IMG/VR virus record: IMGVR_UViG_3300032050_000036
Span: 32,001 to 96,000 of that record
DNA length: 64,000 nt
Origin: a virus
Strand: one strand, 5' to 3'
Shown: positions 19,633 to 28,571 of the stretch, in pieces
Layout: each line of letters begins with the position of its first letter
How positions within the stretch are numbered: the first letter of the stretch is position 1
Notes under the pieces: generated by a model
Seen by the model: only the letters and a program-made list of their open reading frames with translations
What the model was told of the DNA's origin: nothing
The model's database searches: none
Position numbers and translations under genes: made by a program

Positions 19633-20997
19633 ATGGCAAAAATAATTATTTTTGATTTAGATGGGGTTTTAATAGATAGCAAAGATATTCACTATAACGC
19701 ACTAAATAAAGCATTATGTGATATTGATGCTAAATATAAAATATCTTTTGAGGATCATATTAAAATATATAATGGTTTGCCTACTAAAGAAAAACTAAAA
19801 ATACTTTCAGAAAAAACTAATTTAGATAAAAGTACATTTGATATTATTAATAAAAATAAACAAAGTTATACATTCGACATGCTTAACGATGTTTCTGAAG
19901 ATATAGAATTAATAGAGTTATTTAAATTAATTAAAAATAATAATATAAAAATATGTGTTGCTAGTAATAGTATAAGAAAAACAGTTGAACTAATTTTAAC
20001 TAAGTTAAATATTATTGATCTAGTAGATTATATTGTTAGTAATGAAGATGTAAAAAATCCAAAACCATCCCCCGAGATGTATTGGAAGTGCATGTCAGAA
20101 TTCAATACAATACCAAAAGATGTTGTTATATTTGAAGATAGCATAATTGGTAAAATTGCCGTTCTAGATAGTGGTGCCAGCCTTGTTGAGATTAAAGATA
20201 GAAAAGATCTAACCTTAGAAAAAATAAATAATGCTATAAATATTTTAAAATATTCCAAACATTCTGTCTTAAATAAAAAAATAAATATTGTAATACCAAT
20301 GGCTGGAAAAGGTAGCAGATTTTTAGATGCAGGTTTTTCATTTCCAAAACCATTAATAGATATAAATGGTATGCCAATGATAGAGTTAGTTGTAAATAAT
20401 ATTGCACTAGAAGGAAACTATATATTTATAGTAAGAAAAGATCATTATGAAAAATATAATTTGCTTGAAATGTTAACAAGAATTGTTCCCGATTGCAAAA
20501 TTATAACTGTTGACGAGGAGCAAAGCGGGGCAGCATCAACCTGCTTATATGCAAAAAATTACATAAATACAGAGGATCCGTTATTTATTATAAATTCTGA
20601 TCAATATATAGATTGGAATCCTAAAGAATTTTTATACAATAATGTAATAAAAAATTTAGACGGATCAATATTGTTGTTTAAGTCTACTCATCCAAAATGG
20701 TCTTATGCAAAATTAGATGAATTCGGCATGGTAGTAGAAGTTGCCGAAAAGGTAGTTATAAGTGACAATGCTACTGTCGGTGGATATTACTGGGGAAGTG
20801 GACACAATTTTGTTAAATACGCAGAACAAATGATAGAAAAAAATATTCGTGTAAATAATGAATTTTATGTGTGTCCAGTATACAATGAGGCAATAAAAGA
20901 TAACAAAAAAATTGGATCATATTTTATTAATAAAATGTATGGATTGGGCACACCAGAAGATTTAGAAAAGTTTATGAGGTTTTATAATAATGATTAA
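19633..20997 (+). CDS. HAD phosphatase fused to sugar-nucleotidyltransferase
   Basis: FDLDGVL, KPSP and FEDS, followed by IPMAGKGSRF...PKPLI and GLGTPEDL. Confidence 0.85.
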   Translation: MAKIIIFDLDGVLIDSKDIHYNALNKALCDIDAKYKISFEDHIKIYNGLPTKEKLKILSEKTNLDKSTFDIINKNKQSYTFDMLNDVSEDIELIELFKLIKNNNIKICVASNSIRKTVELILTKLNIIDLVDYIVSNEDVKNPKPSPEMYWKCMSEFNTIPKDVVIFEDSIIGKIAVLDSGASLVEIKDRKDLTLEKINNAINILKYSKHSVLNKKINIVIPMAGKGSRFLDAGFSFPKPLIDINGMPMIELVVNNIALEGNYIFIVRKDHYEKYNLLEMLTRIVPDCKIITVDEEQSGAASTCLYAKNYINTEDPLFIINSDQYIDWNPKEFLYNNVIKNLDGSILLFKSTHPKWSYAKLDEFGMVVEVAEKVVISDNATVGGYYWGSGHNFVKYAEQMIEKNIRVNNEFYVCPVYNEAIKDNKKIGSYFINKMYGLGTPEDLEKFMRFYNND

Positions 20998-21430
20998 AAT
21001 ATCACATAGAGGAAATCTTTATGGTAAAAACACATCAAGGGAAAATTCTCCAGAATATATTATTGAGGCCATAAATGCTGGATATGACGTTGAAATAGAT
21101 TTTTGGGTTATAAATAATAAAATGTATTTGGGACATGACGAGCCTACATATGAAGTAGATATGTATTTTATAAATTCTTATATTAAAAAGTTATGGCTTC
21201 ATTGTAAAAATTTAGAAGCCTTAGACTTAGTTTTGTCAATGCCAAAATATTATAATGCGTTTTGGCATCAAGAAGATAATTTTACAATAACTACAAATCA
21301 TTTTATATGGACATATCCTGGAATGCCAGTTAAATCAAAAAGTATTTTAGTACACAAAGATATGCCGACCAAAAATATTCTAGATCAAGAGATGGCTGGC
21401 ATTTGTAGTGATTTTATAGGTAGGATATAA
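20990..21430 (+). CDS. Glycerophosphodiester phosphodiesterase-like protein
   Basis: ISHRG, EN, VEID, LGHD and GICSD motifs. Confidence 0.75.
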   Translation: MIKISHRGNLYGKNTSRENSPEYIIEAINAGYDVEIDFWVINNKMYLGHDEPTYEVDMYFINSYIKKLWLHCKNLEALDLVLSMPKYYNAFWHQEDNFTITTNHFIWTYPGMPVKSKSILVHKDMPTKNILDQEMAGICSDFIGRI

Positions 21431-21431
21431 A

Positions 21432-22022
21432 ATGGAAAATAGAATATTATATGGACATAAAACTCAGCCAAAATTATTAGAAAATTTTAATTTTAAATAT
21501 ATAAAAAATTTTGATATTTTTAAAATTAAAAACGAAATATTATTATTTGATAAAGAGTGGAATGAAGACTCCTCTAGACAAGAAAAATATGCTGCTCATT
21601 CTAAAACATTTTCTTATTTTTGTTATGATTATTCAGAGTTTTCTCAACAAGATGAAGCATATACACTACAAACCAAAACAACAAATGATAAAGTATTGGA
21701 ACTAGTAGAGCCTATCATTAAAGATTTGGAAGAAATTCATAAAGGTAAAAGAGGAAAAGTTCTTTTTATAAAATTGCCGTCTCGGTGCGAAATTAATATA
21801 CACAGAGATAGAGGATATTATTTAGGAATAATAAGAAGGCATCATATACCAATAATAACCAACAATGAATGTATTTTTGAGGTTAACTGTGATATGCTTA
21901 ATATGTTGGAGGGAGAGTGTTGGGAAATAAATAATTCAAAATATCATTATGTTAACAATAATGGTGAAACAGATAGAGTTCATCTAATGATAGATATTAT
22001 TCCTAACAAATTTATAAAATGA
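21432..22022 (+). CDS. Aspartyl/asparaginyl beta-hydroxylase-like 2OG oxygenase
   Basis: HRD, RHHIPIITN, WEINN..YHYV.N and RVHLMID. Confidence 0.8.
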   Translation: MENRILYGHKTQPKLLENFNFKYIKNFDIFKIKNEILLFDKEWNEDSSRQEKYAAHSKTFSYFCYDYSEFSQQDEAYTLQTKTTNDKVLELVEPIIKDLEEIHKGKRGKVLFIKLPSRCEINIHRDRGYYLGIIRRHHIPIITNNECIFEVNCDMLNMLEGECWEINNSKYHYVNNNGETDRVHLMIDIIPNKFIK

Positions 22023-22780
22023 TAATACAAATTATAGGGCTTCCTGGCTCTGGTAAAACAGAATTAGCAAAAGCATTAAAAGAACGTATAAATGCCATCC
22101 ATCTTAATGCAGATGAAGTTCGTGCTACAGTAAATTCTGATCTTGGATTTAGCCATGAAGATAGAATTGAACAAGCAAGACGAATGGGTGAAATGGCTCG
22201 CCTGATATCAAAACAGGGAGTTGCTCCCGTTGTTGTAGATTTTGTTTGCCCTACAGAATTAACTCGTGCAGCGTTTGGTAGACCAGACATTTTGATCTAC
22301 ATGGAAACAATTGACGAAGGTAGATTTGAAGATACTAATAAAATGTTTGAAACCCCAAGTGATTTTGATATGGCTTTTATCAGTCATGAATGGAATGCAA
22401 ACGAAAAAGCAACAGTAATAATTAAACAGTTTAACTTACATGATTGGTCTGCGCCCACAACACTAATGCTAGGCAGGTATCAACCATGGCACGAAGGTCA
22501 CCATGCATTGTATAAAGAGGCGGGGAAGCGAACAGATCAGGTACTTCTTGGAGTACGTAATACATACAATACAAGCGAAAAAGACCCACTAACATTTGAT
22601 CAGGTAAAGAATTATATCTCAAAGGATGAATTCATGGATGGTGCGATGGTATTAAGGCTGCCTAATATTACAAACATTGTTTATGGTCGTGATGTTGGAT
22701 ATAAGATTGAGCAAGTAGATTTGGGGGCAGAGATTCATGCTATATCGGCTACGCAAAAACGTAAAGAAATGGGTATCTAA
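22019..22780 (+). CDS. cysC: Adenylylsulfate kinase fused to an HxGH nucleotidyltransferase domain
   Basis: GLPGSGKT, NADEVR, DLGFSHEDR, then GRYQPWHEGH and ISAT. Confidence 0.8.
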   Translation: MIIQIIGLPGSGKTELAKALKERINAIHLNADEVRATVNSDLGFSHEDRIEQARRMGEMARLISKQGVAPVVVDFVCPTELTRAAFGRPDILIYMETIDEGRFEDTNKMFETPSDFDMAFISHEWNANEKATVIIKQFNLHDWSAPTTLMLGRYQPWHEGHHALYKEAGKRTDQVLLGVRNTYNTSEKDPLTFDQVKNYISKDEFMDGAMVLRLPNITNIVYGRDVGYKIEQVDLGAEIHAISATQKRKEMGI

Positions 22781-22825
22781 GTTGTGGGACTGGTTTACTA
22801 AACCAAATAATATGGAGTGGCCATC

Positions 22826-23029
22826 ATGAATGTATCCAAACAAAGATCAGCACTAAAGGCCATTACTTGGCGGATTATTGGAACAGCAGATACTTTTTTA
22901 TTGTCATGGCTAATAACAAAGGAACCAGTTACTGCTGGAGCAATCGCTAGTCTTGAAGTTATTACTAAGACTATTCTTTATTACTTGCATGAACGTGGAT
23001 GGAATAAAATACAGTGGGGTAGAAAATAA
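22826..23029 (+). CDS. DUF2061 membrane protein
   Basis: RSALKAITWR...LYYLHERGW. Confidence 0.8.
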   Translation: MNVSKQRSALKAITWRIIGTADTFLLSWLITKEPVTAGAIASLEVITKTILYYLHERGWNKIQWGRK

Positions 23030-23265
23030 TGTATACACAAGAGATGGCTCGTGCTTTCAGATCTTTAGATCATTTTTGCCCTAAAGGATTTAAATTAACT
23101 ATTATAGATAATGATAATTTTATTACAGTAAAGGCTGCTGAAAAAGATTTCGTTTCGCTACTTGACAGAGATAAGAGACTTGCTGTAGAATATATGATAA
23201 GGGTTAAAAAGGCTTTAGAAGATAATGGAGCCATAGTTTTATTAACTAGGGAAGGTGGATCATAA
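23029..23265 (+). CDS. Hypothetical protein
   Basis: TAATG coupling. Confidence 0.65.
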   Translation: MYTQEMARAFRSLDHFCPKGFKLTIIDNDNFITVKAAEKDFVSLLDRDKRLAVEYMIRVKKALEDNGAIVLLTREGGS

Positions 23266-23395
23266 AACCTAAACTTATAATGCCTTTAATCGCATTTCTT
23301 GCGCTTGTGGCAACAATATCATTTTGGATTAAACAGTTGACAAAAATTGAAGACTTTGATATATTTGGAGATATAGAAGACGAGGAAGATCTATA

Positions 23396-23893
23396 ATGCA
23401 AACATTTTTACCACAATCGGATTATCGTGTATCTGCTGCTATTTTAGATAGTAAGCGTTTAAATAAGCAAATCTTAGAATGTTATCAAATTCTCAATGTG
23501 CTATCTGGTAAATCTCCTACTGGTGGTTGGCGTAATCATCCAGCAGTTCTGATGTGGAAAGGATTTGAGCGAGGACTTTGGAACTATGTTCAGGCTATGA
23601 TTTTAGAAGCCAAACGCCGTGGTATTAAAACAGAAAATAACGAAATTAATCTTAATAAATTAAAAGACTTATGCTGGGATAATTGGGGCAATCAAATACC
23701 TAATTATTTTCAAGATGAAAATAAGTTAATTCGTATTATAACTACTCATCGTGCTAATTTATTTAATAAAGATCCACTGTATTACGCATCATTTCAATAT
23801 GCTACAACTAGTTTAAACAATTTGCCATGCTGTCCTAATCGTAAAGAACCATGCAAGTATTATTGGCCAACACACGAGGCATCTTATGCTTGA
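23396..23893 (+). CDS. Pyrimidine-dimer DNA glycosylase family (MSMEG_6728-like)
   Basis: MQTFLP, LD.KRL.KQ..E..Q, W.NHPA..MW.G and HRANL..KDP..Y. Confidence 0.8.
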   Translation: MQTFLPQSDYRVSAAILDSKRLNKQILECYQILNVLSGKSPTGGWRNHPAVLMWKGFERGLWNYVQAMILEAKRRGIKTENNEINLNKLKDLCWDNWGNQIPNYFQDENKLIRIITTHRANLFNKDPLYYASFQYATTSLNNLPCCPNRKEPCKYYWPTHEASYA

Positions 23894-24293
23894 TTTGCTA
23901 ATTTTTATATTGGTTGTTTTAGTAATTACTGGTATTTTAATAGAAAACATTAGGATAAAAAATAATAACAGAGAATTATTATTTTCATTGACACAATTAA
24001 GCCTAGACAATGATGCAATAAAGAAAAAAATAACATCATCAGAAGATGTTGAAAAGGATCATCTTATAAAGTTTTTATCTGAAACTAGAGAAGATTCATA
24101 TCAATTTATAGAAAAGTTTCAACAAGAACTTAAAAATTTTAAAAAAGAATTACATCCGCATGTTGCATACTATAATGAATTTGGAATTCTTTCGGAACAG
24201 TATGATATTTATTCTAGCATGTCTAAAAAATTTGTTGAATATTATGAAAAATTATTAAAGTTTTTACCAGAAGAAAAAAATAATGGACGCTAG
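23886..24293 (+). CDS. Membrane-anchored coiled-coil protein
   Basis: N-terminal TM helix. Confidence 0.65.
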   Translation: MLDLLIFILVVLVITGILIENIRIKNNNRELLFSLTQLSLDNDAIKKKITSSEDVEKDHLIKFLSETREDSYQFIEKFQQELKNFKKELHPHVAYYNEFGILSEQYDIYSSMSKKFVEYYEKLLKFLPEEKNNGR

Positions 24294-24468
24294 AGGAATA
24301 CCAACATGCTCTTGTCCTCAATGTGGTTGTCCATATTTTAAGGCTGTAATTCAGTTCGATCCTACAGATTATGAGATAGGATTATATTTTTTGGACGGGG
24401 AATGTAAAGATTGTGGAACATTGGTAACACTACCAACTCCAATAGACAAGATAAAGGAAAAGGAATAA
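24283..24468 (+). CDS. Small zinc-ribbon protein
   Basis: CPQCG...CKDCG. Confidence 0.7.
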   Translation: MDARGIPTCSCPQCGCPYFKAVIQFDPTDYEIGLYFLDGECKDCGTLVTLPTPIDKIKEKE

Positions 24469-24626
24469 TGAAAGAAATATTGTTGTCAATTATTACTGGT
24501 TTTGGATGCGGTGTAATTTTTGCAGCATTTAAATTGCCAGTCCCAGCGCCACCAGTATTTGCTGGAGTTGCTGGTATAATAGGGTTATGGCTTGGCTATG
24601 ATGTCATAACCAAAGTCATATCCTAG
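24468..24626 (+). CDS. XapX-domain small membrane protein
   Basis: G...G.IF...KLPVPAPP..AG..GI.G...GY. Confidence 0.75.
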   Translation: MKEILLSIITGFGCGVIFAAFKLPVPAPPVFAGVAGIIGLWLGYDVITKVIS

Positions 24627-24635
24627 GAGGAAAAA

Positions 24636-24929
24636 ATGAACATGTTAAAAGAAGAGCACAAAAAGATGCTCGCATCGTACGGACGCTCTGTCCTTGCTGG
24701 TGTTGCAGCACTGTATGTTGCTGGAGTAACTGATCCAAAAGAACTTTGGGCAGCACTTGTAGCAGCGATTGCCCCAGTGGCACTAAGAGCGTTGAATCCA
24801 AACGATTCAGCATTTGGCCGTATGCCTGCAGCAAAGGCTGTAGATGAAGCACTGAAGGCAATTAAGAAGCCAGTAAAGAAATCTGCAAAAAAGTCTTCTG
24901 GTGGCGGATCTACACACAATATGCTATAA
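24636..24929 (+). CDS. Holin-like membrane protein
   Basis: AGGAGG RBS; two hydrophobic segments, LNPND.AFG, basic tail. Confidence 0.6.
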   Translation: MNMLKEEHKKMLASYGRSVLAGVAALYVAGVTDPKELWAALVAAIAPVALRALNPNDSAFGRMPAAKAVDEALKAIKKPVKKSAKKSSGGGSTHNML

Positions 24930-24962
24930 AGCATTAAGTATAAGATTAGGCGGTTGTTATAT

Positions 24963-24991
24963 TTGACAGCCGCTTTTTCTTATGCTATAAT
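24963..24991 (+). promoter_or_regulatory. Consensus promoter of hsp20, overlapping the upstream terminator hairpin
   Basis: TTGACA-17 nt-TATAAT with TG; hairpin GCGGTTGT...ACAGCCGC followed by TTTTT. Confidence 0.8.
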
Positions 24992-25048
24992 AAAAACATA
25001 CCTGCCCGAAGGGGGGTATACATTGAACTCGCTTAACAAGGAGGAAAC

Positions 25049-25468
25049 ATGGTAAGTTCATTTGCATTGGATCTTTTTAAGGATCCATTTTTTATTGGTT
25101 TCAACAGAGAGTTGGACCGTTTTTCTAATATCCATCGTGAGGCAACTCGTCAATCTTATCCACCATATGATGTGGTAAAACTTGATGAGGACACTTACAA
25201 GTTATCTTTGGCCATTGCTGGTTTCAGCAAGGACGAAGTTGAGGTTTCTGTGGATAATGGAAGTTTAATTATCAAGGGTGAGAAAACCGAAGAAGAGAAC
25301 ACTAATGTTCTACATAAGGGTATCGCAACTCGCAAATTCACACGCACCTTTGCTCTTGGAGAGTATATGGAGGTTGATCGTGCTGAAATGGCAGACGGTA
25401 TTCTTAGCGTCTTTGTGGAAAGAAACATCCCCGAAGAAAAGAAACCAAAAACTATTAAAATCAAGTAA
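25049..25468 (+). CDS. hsp20: Small heat-shock protein Hsp20/IbpA
   Basis: YPPYD, LAIAGF, HKGIA.R.F.R.F.L, DGIL and IPEEKKPK.I.I. Confidence 0.93.
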   Translation: MVSSFALDLFKDPFFIGFNRELDRFSNIHREATRQSYPPYDVVKLDEDTYKLSLAIAGFSKDEVEVSVDNGSLIIKGEKTEEENTNVLHKGIATRKFTRTFALGEYMEVDRAEMADGILSVFVERNIPEEKKPKTIKIK

Positions 25469-25488
25469 ATAAAAGTATTGTCATACTG

Positions 25489-25516
25489 CCACCTGAGCAT
25501 GTGGATAAAAGGCTCA
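25489..25516 (+). ncRNA. H-type pseudoknot element, copy 1
   Basis: CCAC-CTGAGCAT-GTGG-ATAAAA-GGCTCA, 20 nt after the hsp20 stop. Confidence 0.7.
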
Positions 25517-25579
25517 TTATTCATTTATAATTTGCTTTAAATTAATATACATTTTAAAAACATAAGATACTCTTATAAC

Positions 25580-26593
25580 ATGAAACTTAAAGTCTTTATT
25601 ATTTCTTTAGTGCTTTTATTAGGCACTTTTACTAATTCAGCAGCACAAGCAACAGATTTAAAAGGTGCTGGATCTACCTTCTCTGCAAACTTTATAGATA
25701 AGTGCAGAGTAATGTATGGACAACAAACAGGAAAAGTTTTAAACTATACACCAAATGGTTCTGGAGCAGGAAGAAATTTTTTTAATAATAAACTTGTAGA
25801 TTTTGCTGTATCAGATACACCATACTCAAGTCTGGATAGAAAACCTTCTGAAAACTTTGTATATGTTCCATTGGTTGCTGGTCCAGTAGCAGTTGTTTAT
25901 AATCTAAAAGACTATAGAATAACTCTCAAACTAACCAAGCAAGTAGTAGCAAAAATATTTGCTGGAGAAATTACAATGTGGAACGATCCAGAAATTCAAA
26001 AACTTAATGTTGGAAAATTACCAAAGACAAAAATAACAGTATTGTATAGAATAGATGGATCTGGCACTTCTGAAGTGTTTACATCTTACCTAAATTCAGT
26101 TGCTCCAAACATTTGGACTAAACCAGGAAACAAAACTTTCTCAACAGCATTTCCAGGTAATATAAATAATTATGTTGGAGCGTTTCAATCTGCAAGCGGA
26201 TCAACTCAGATTGCATTTTTGCAGTCTACACTTAATGGATCTATTTCATATAATGAAGTTTCTTATGCTAAAGGATTTAAGTCTGCTTCAATTGAAAATG
26301 AGGCTGGTAGATTTACTAATCCTACCCCTTCTGCAGCAGCATCATTTTTATCTAACTTTAAATTTAACCAAGATGGGTCTGCCGTATTAGATTATAAAAA
26401 TACTAATAAACTTGCATATAACATATCAACTTTTGCATATGGTGTTGCCTATACTAATAGTGGATCAAATGCTGCAACAGTTAGAGAGTTTTTGACATTT
26501 GCTATAACAAAATGTAATAAAATAGAAGGATATGCTCCAATTACTGGAAATGCCCTTAAAGTTGCAAAAGCACAAATAGCAAAGATAAAGTAG
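25580..26593 (+). CDS. pstS: Phosphate ABC transporter substrate-binding protein
   Basis: GAGST, GSGAG, DFAVSD, R.DGSGTS..FT.YL. Confidence 0.9.
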   Translation: MKLKVFIISLVLLLGTFTNSAAQATDLKGAGSTFSANFIDKCRVMYGQQTGKVLNYTPNGSGAGRNFFNNKLVDFAVSDTPYSSLDRKPSENFVYVPLVAGPVAVVYNLKDYRITLKLTKQVVAKIFAGEITMWNDPEIQKLNVGKLPKTKITVLYRIDGSGTSEVFTSYLNSVAPNIWTKPGNKTFSTAFPGNINNYVGAFQSASGSTQIAFLQSTLNGSISYNEVSYAKGFKSASIENEAGRFTNPTPSAAASFLSNFKFNQDGSAVLDYKNTNKLAYNISTFAYGVAYTNSGSNAATVREFLTFAITKCNKIEGYAPITGNALKVAKAQIAKIK

Positions 26594-26606
26594 TATAATT
26601 GTAATA

Positions 26607-26684
26607 GTCCTCCGTAGGACCTTGGGATGATTAGTTACCATCTTATTTAACCTGGCCATCGTGCCTGAATTTCCTGCGGGGGAT
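26607..26684 (+). ncRNA. Candidate rod-shaped small RNA
   Basis: TATAAT at 26594-26599; 12-bp closing stem TCCTCCGTAGGA/TCCTGCGGGGGA plus an inner stem. Confidence 0.5.
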
Positions 26685-26714
26685 TTATAATTCCCCTGTA
26701 TAATAATCTTATCT

Positions 26715-26978
26715 ATGACTGACAAAGAACTTCATAGGCAAAAACAGGCTTACAAGAAAAGACTGACAGAAATAAAACAGTCTAGCGGATGTGTAGACTG
26801 CGGAGAAACAAATCCAATTGTTTTAGATTTTGATCATCTTAAAGACAAAAAATATAATGTTTCAAGAATGATTCACGATGGATTTTCCTGGAAGGCTATC
26901 AAAAAAGAAATAGATAAGTGTGAAGTTGTTTGTGCTAATTGTCACAGGATAAGAACTCACTATAGGCTTATTAATTAA
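26715..26978 (+). CDS. HNH endonuclease
   Basis: CVDCG, LDFDH and CEVVCANCHR. Confidence 0.85.
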   Translation: MTDKELHRQKQAYKKRLTEIKQSSGCVDCGETNPIVLDFDHLKDKKYNVSRMIHDGFSWKAIKKEIDKCEVVCANCHRIRTHYRLIN

Positions 26979-26983
26979 TTATT

Positions 26984-27160
26984 TTAAGAATTTTTAATAT
27001 CTGTAATTATTGCATCTGCAAGTTCTTTACTAAAATGTACGTGCCCCGAGGCCAATTTTTCAAATGCTGGTGATAATTTTACAATAATGTTATTTTTTGT
27101 AATTTCCATTATTTGGTGTACAAGAATTTCTGCCTGTTGCTGTGATGTTAGTTCTTCCAT
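26984..27160 (-). CDS. Hypothetical protein (58 aa, leaderless, not in ORF track)
   Basis: TGATATAAT 6 nt before ATG on the minus strand; MEELTSQQQAEILVHQ. Confidence 0.55.
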   Translation of the reverse strand: MEELTSQQQAEILVHQIMEITKNNIIVKLSPAFEKLASGHVHFSKELADAIITDIKNS

Positions 27161-27197
27161 CTCTCAATTATATCATTAATATGGTATACTATTATCT

Positions 27198-28277
27198 ATG
27201 CCATATCGTATAGGTGCTAAGGGGTCATCGGGTTGCTCTGGATACCCTGCTGTAAAGGACACAGGAGAGGTTATGGGCTGCCATAAGACTCGTCGTGAGG
27301 CTGCAGCACAGATCTATGCTATAAACCGCTCTGAGGGCAATATAGGCAAGGCTATGGTCAAAGAGGGCGACATGGTAATGGCTCCACACGAAGAAGAAAT
27401 GTATGTTGGTCGTGTAGTTCATGTAATGACAGAGGGCATGCTTGGTATGCCAGGATCAGAATATTCTCTTGAGGCATCAGCAGAAGAGCCTGCTATTTTA
27501 ATTCAACTATTTGAAATGGAAGAAGGAGAATTAGAAGAAACAGAATATTTTGTTGGAGCAATGGCAAAAGATGTAATGGTTTTACCATCAATTGATTCAG
27601 GAGAAAGCATGGATAAAGCATATACAGGATGCGGATGTCCAATGTGTAAAGAATTAGATGTAACATGTGAGCAATGTCCACAATGCCAATCTGGAGAAAT
27701 GAAATCAGATTGTTGTGCTAATGTAGTTAAGCAAGCACCATGTTGGGATGGATATGTACAAAGGGGAATGAAGCCAGGAGAAAATGGTAAACCAGTTCCT
27801 AATTGTGTTCCAGCAGAAAAGGCTGATGATCTTTGGGAAGATTCTGATGATGTAGTGTATGAAACTGATTCAATGTCAAAAGCGGAAGGCTATTCTCCAC
27901 CAGCAGGTGCAAGAGCAGCAGCACGTAAAGCAATTAAATTTAAGGAACAAGGCAAGGCAAAAGGTGCGGGTACATCAGTAGGATGGACTCGTGCAGGACA
28001 GTTGGCAAGAGGAGAAACATTGTCTCTTAGCACTGTTAAAAGAATGTACTCTTATTTTTCTCGTCATGAGGTTGATAAAAAGGGGAAGGATTGGGCTAAT
28101 CAATCAAATCCGTCCAATGGGTACATAATGTGGTTGGCATGGGGTGGGGATGCTGGCTATTCTTGGTCACGTCGTATCGTGAATGCAGAAAAGGATAAGG
28201 CTTTATTTGCTGACACCTTTAACTCTATAGAAAAACAAAGCAAGAGAATTCGTGGTAGTGGTAATGGCTTCTGGTAA
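27198..28277 (+). CDS. Modular phage protein (possibly head-associated)
   Basis: Leaderless; modules MGCHKT..A.AQ, CWDGY and RAGQLARGE.LS..TVKRMYSYFSRH. Confidence 0.65.
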   Translation: MPYRIGAKGSSGCSGYPAVKDTGEVMGCHKTRREAAAQIYAINRSEGNIGKAMVKEGDMVMAPHEEEMYVGRVVHVMTEGMLGMPGSEYSLEASAEEPAILIQLFEMEEGELEETEYFVGAMAKDVMVLPSIDSGESMDKAYTGCGCPMCKELDVTCEQCPQCQSGEMKSDCCANVVKQAPCWDGYVQRGMKPGENGKPVPNCVPAEKADDLWEDSDDVVYETDSMSKAEGYSPPAGARAAARKAIKFKEQGKAKGAGTSVGWTRAGQLARGETLSLSTVKRMYSYFSRHEVDKKGKDWANQSNPSNGYIMWLAWGGDAGYSWSRRIVNAEKDKALFADTFNSIEKQSKRIRGSGNGFW

Positions 28278-28419
28278 ATCTTCTGGAAAATACAGAACAA
28301 AACATCCGTTTAACCCTATTCAAATTAAAGACGGAATGATAGTTCGTCTAAGAAAAGATGGTACCATAAAAGCCGTGCTTGGCAAGTATGGCGAATATGG
28401 CAAAAAAAATAAAAATTAA
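28264..28419 (+). CDS. Small basic protein (51 aa)
   Basis: MASGKSSGKYRTKHPFNPIQIKDG. Confidence 0.5.
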   Translation: MASGKSSGKYRTKHPFNPIQIKDGMIVRLRKDGTIKAVLGKYGEYGKKNKN

Positions 28420-28571
28420 TTATTTTGCTCTTTGTTAATTAAGTCTACTATTTCTTTTGCATATTTGTCATAATCTATTTCAATAATAAAATTTCCGTCA
28501 ATTAATTTATGAATTTTAATTTCTTTTCCTATTTCAAATAAAATATTTTTAATTTTATCTTCTATATTCAT
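28416..28571 (-). CDS. Hypothetical protein (51 aa)
   Basis: ATGA coupling with the glycosyltransferase; MNIEDKIKNILFEIG. Confidence 0.5.
   Translation of the reverse strand: MNIEDKIKNILFEIGKEIKIHKLIDGNFIIEIDYDKYAKEIVDLINKEQNN

Noticed and set aside
25021-25040. HspR (HAIR) or CIRCE operator upstream of hsp20
   Set aside because: Poor match to CTTGAGT-N7-ACTCAAG and to CIRCE
25249-25508. Single TGTGGATAA matches in and after hsp20 as DnaA boxes
   Set aside because: Isolated; one is coding and the other is explained by the pseudoknot stem
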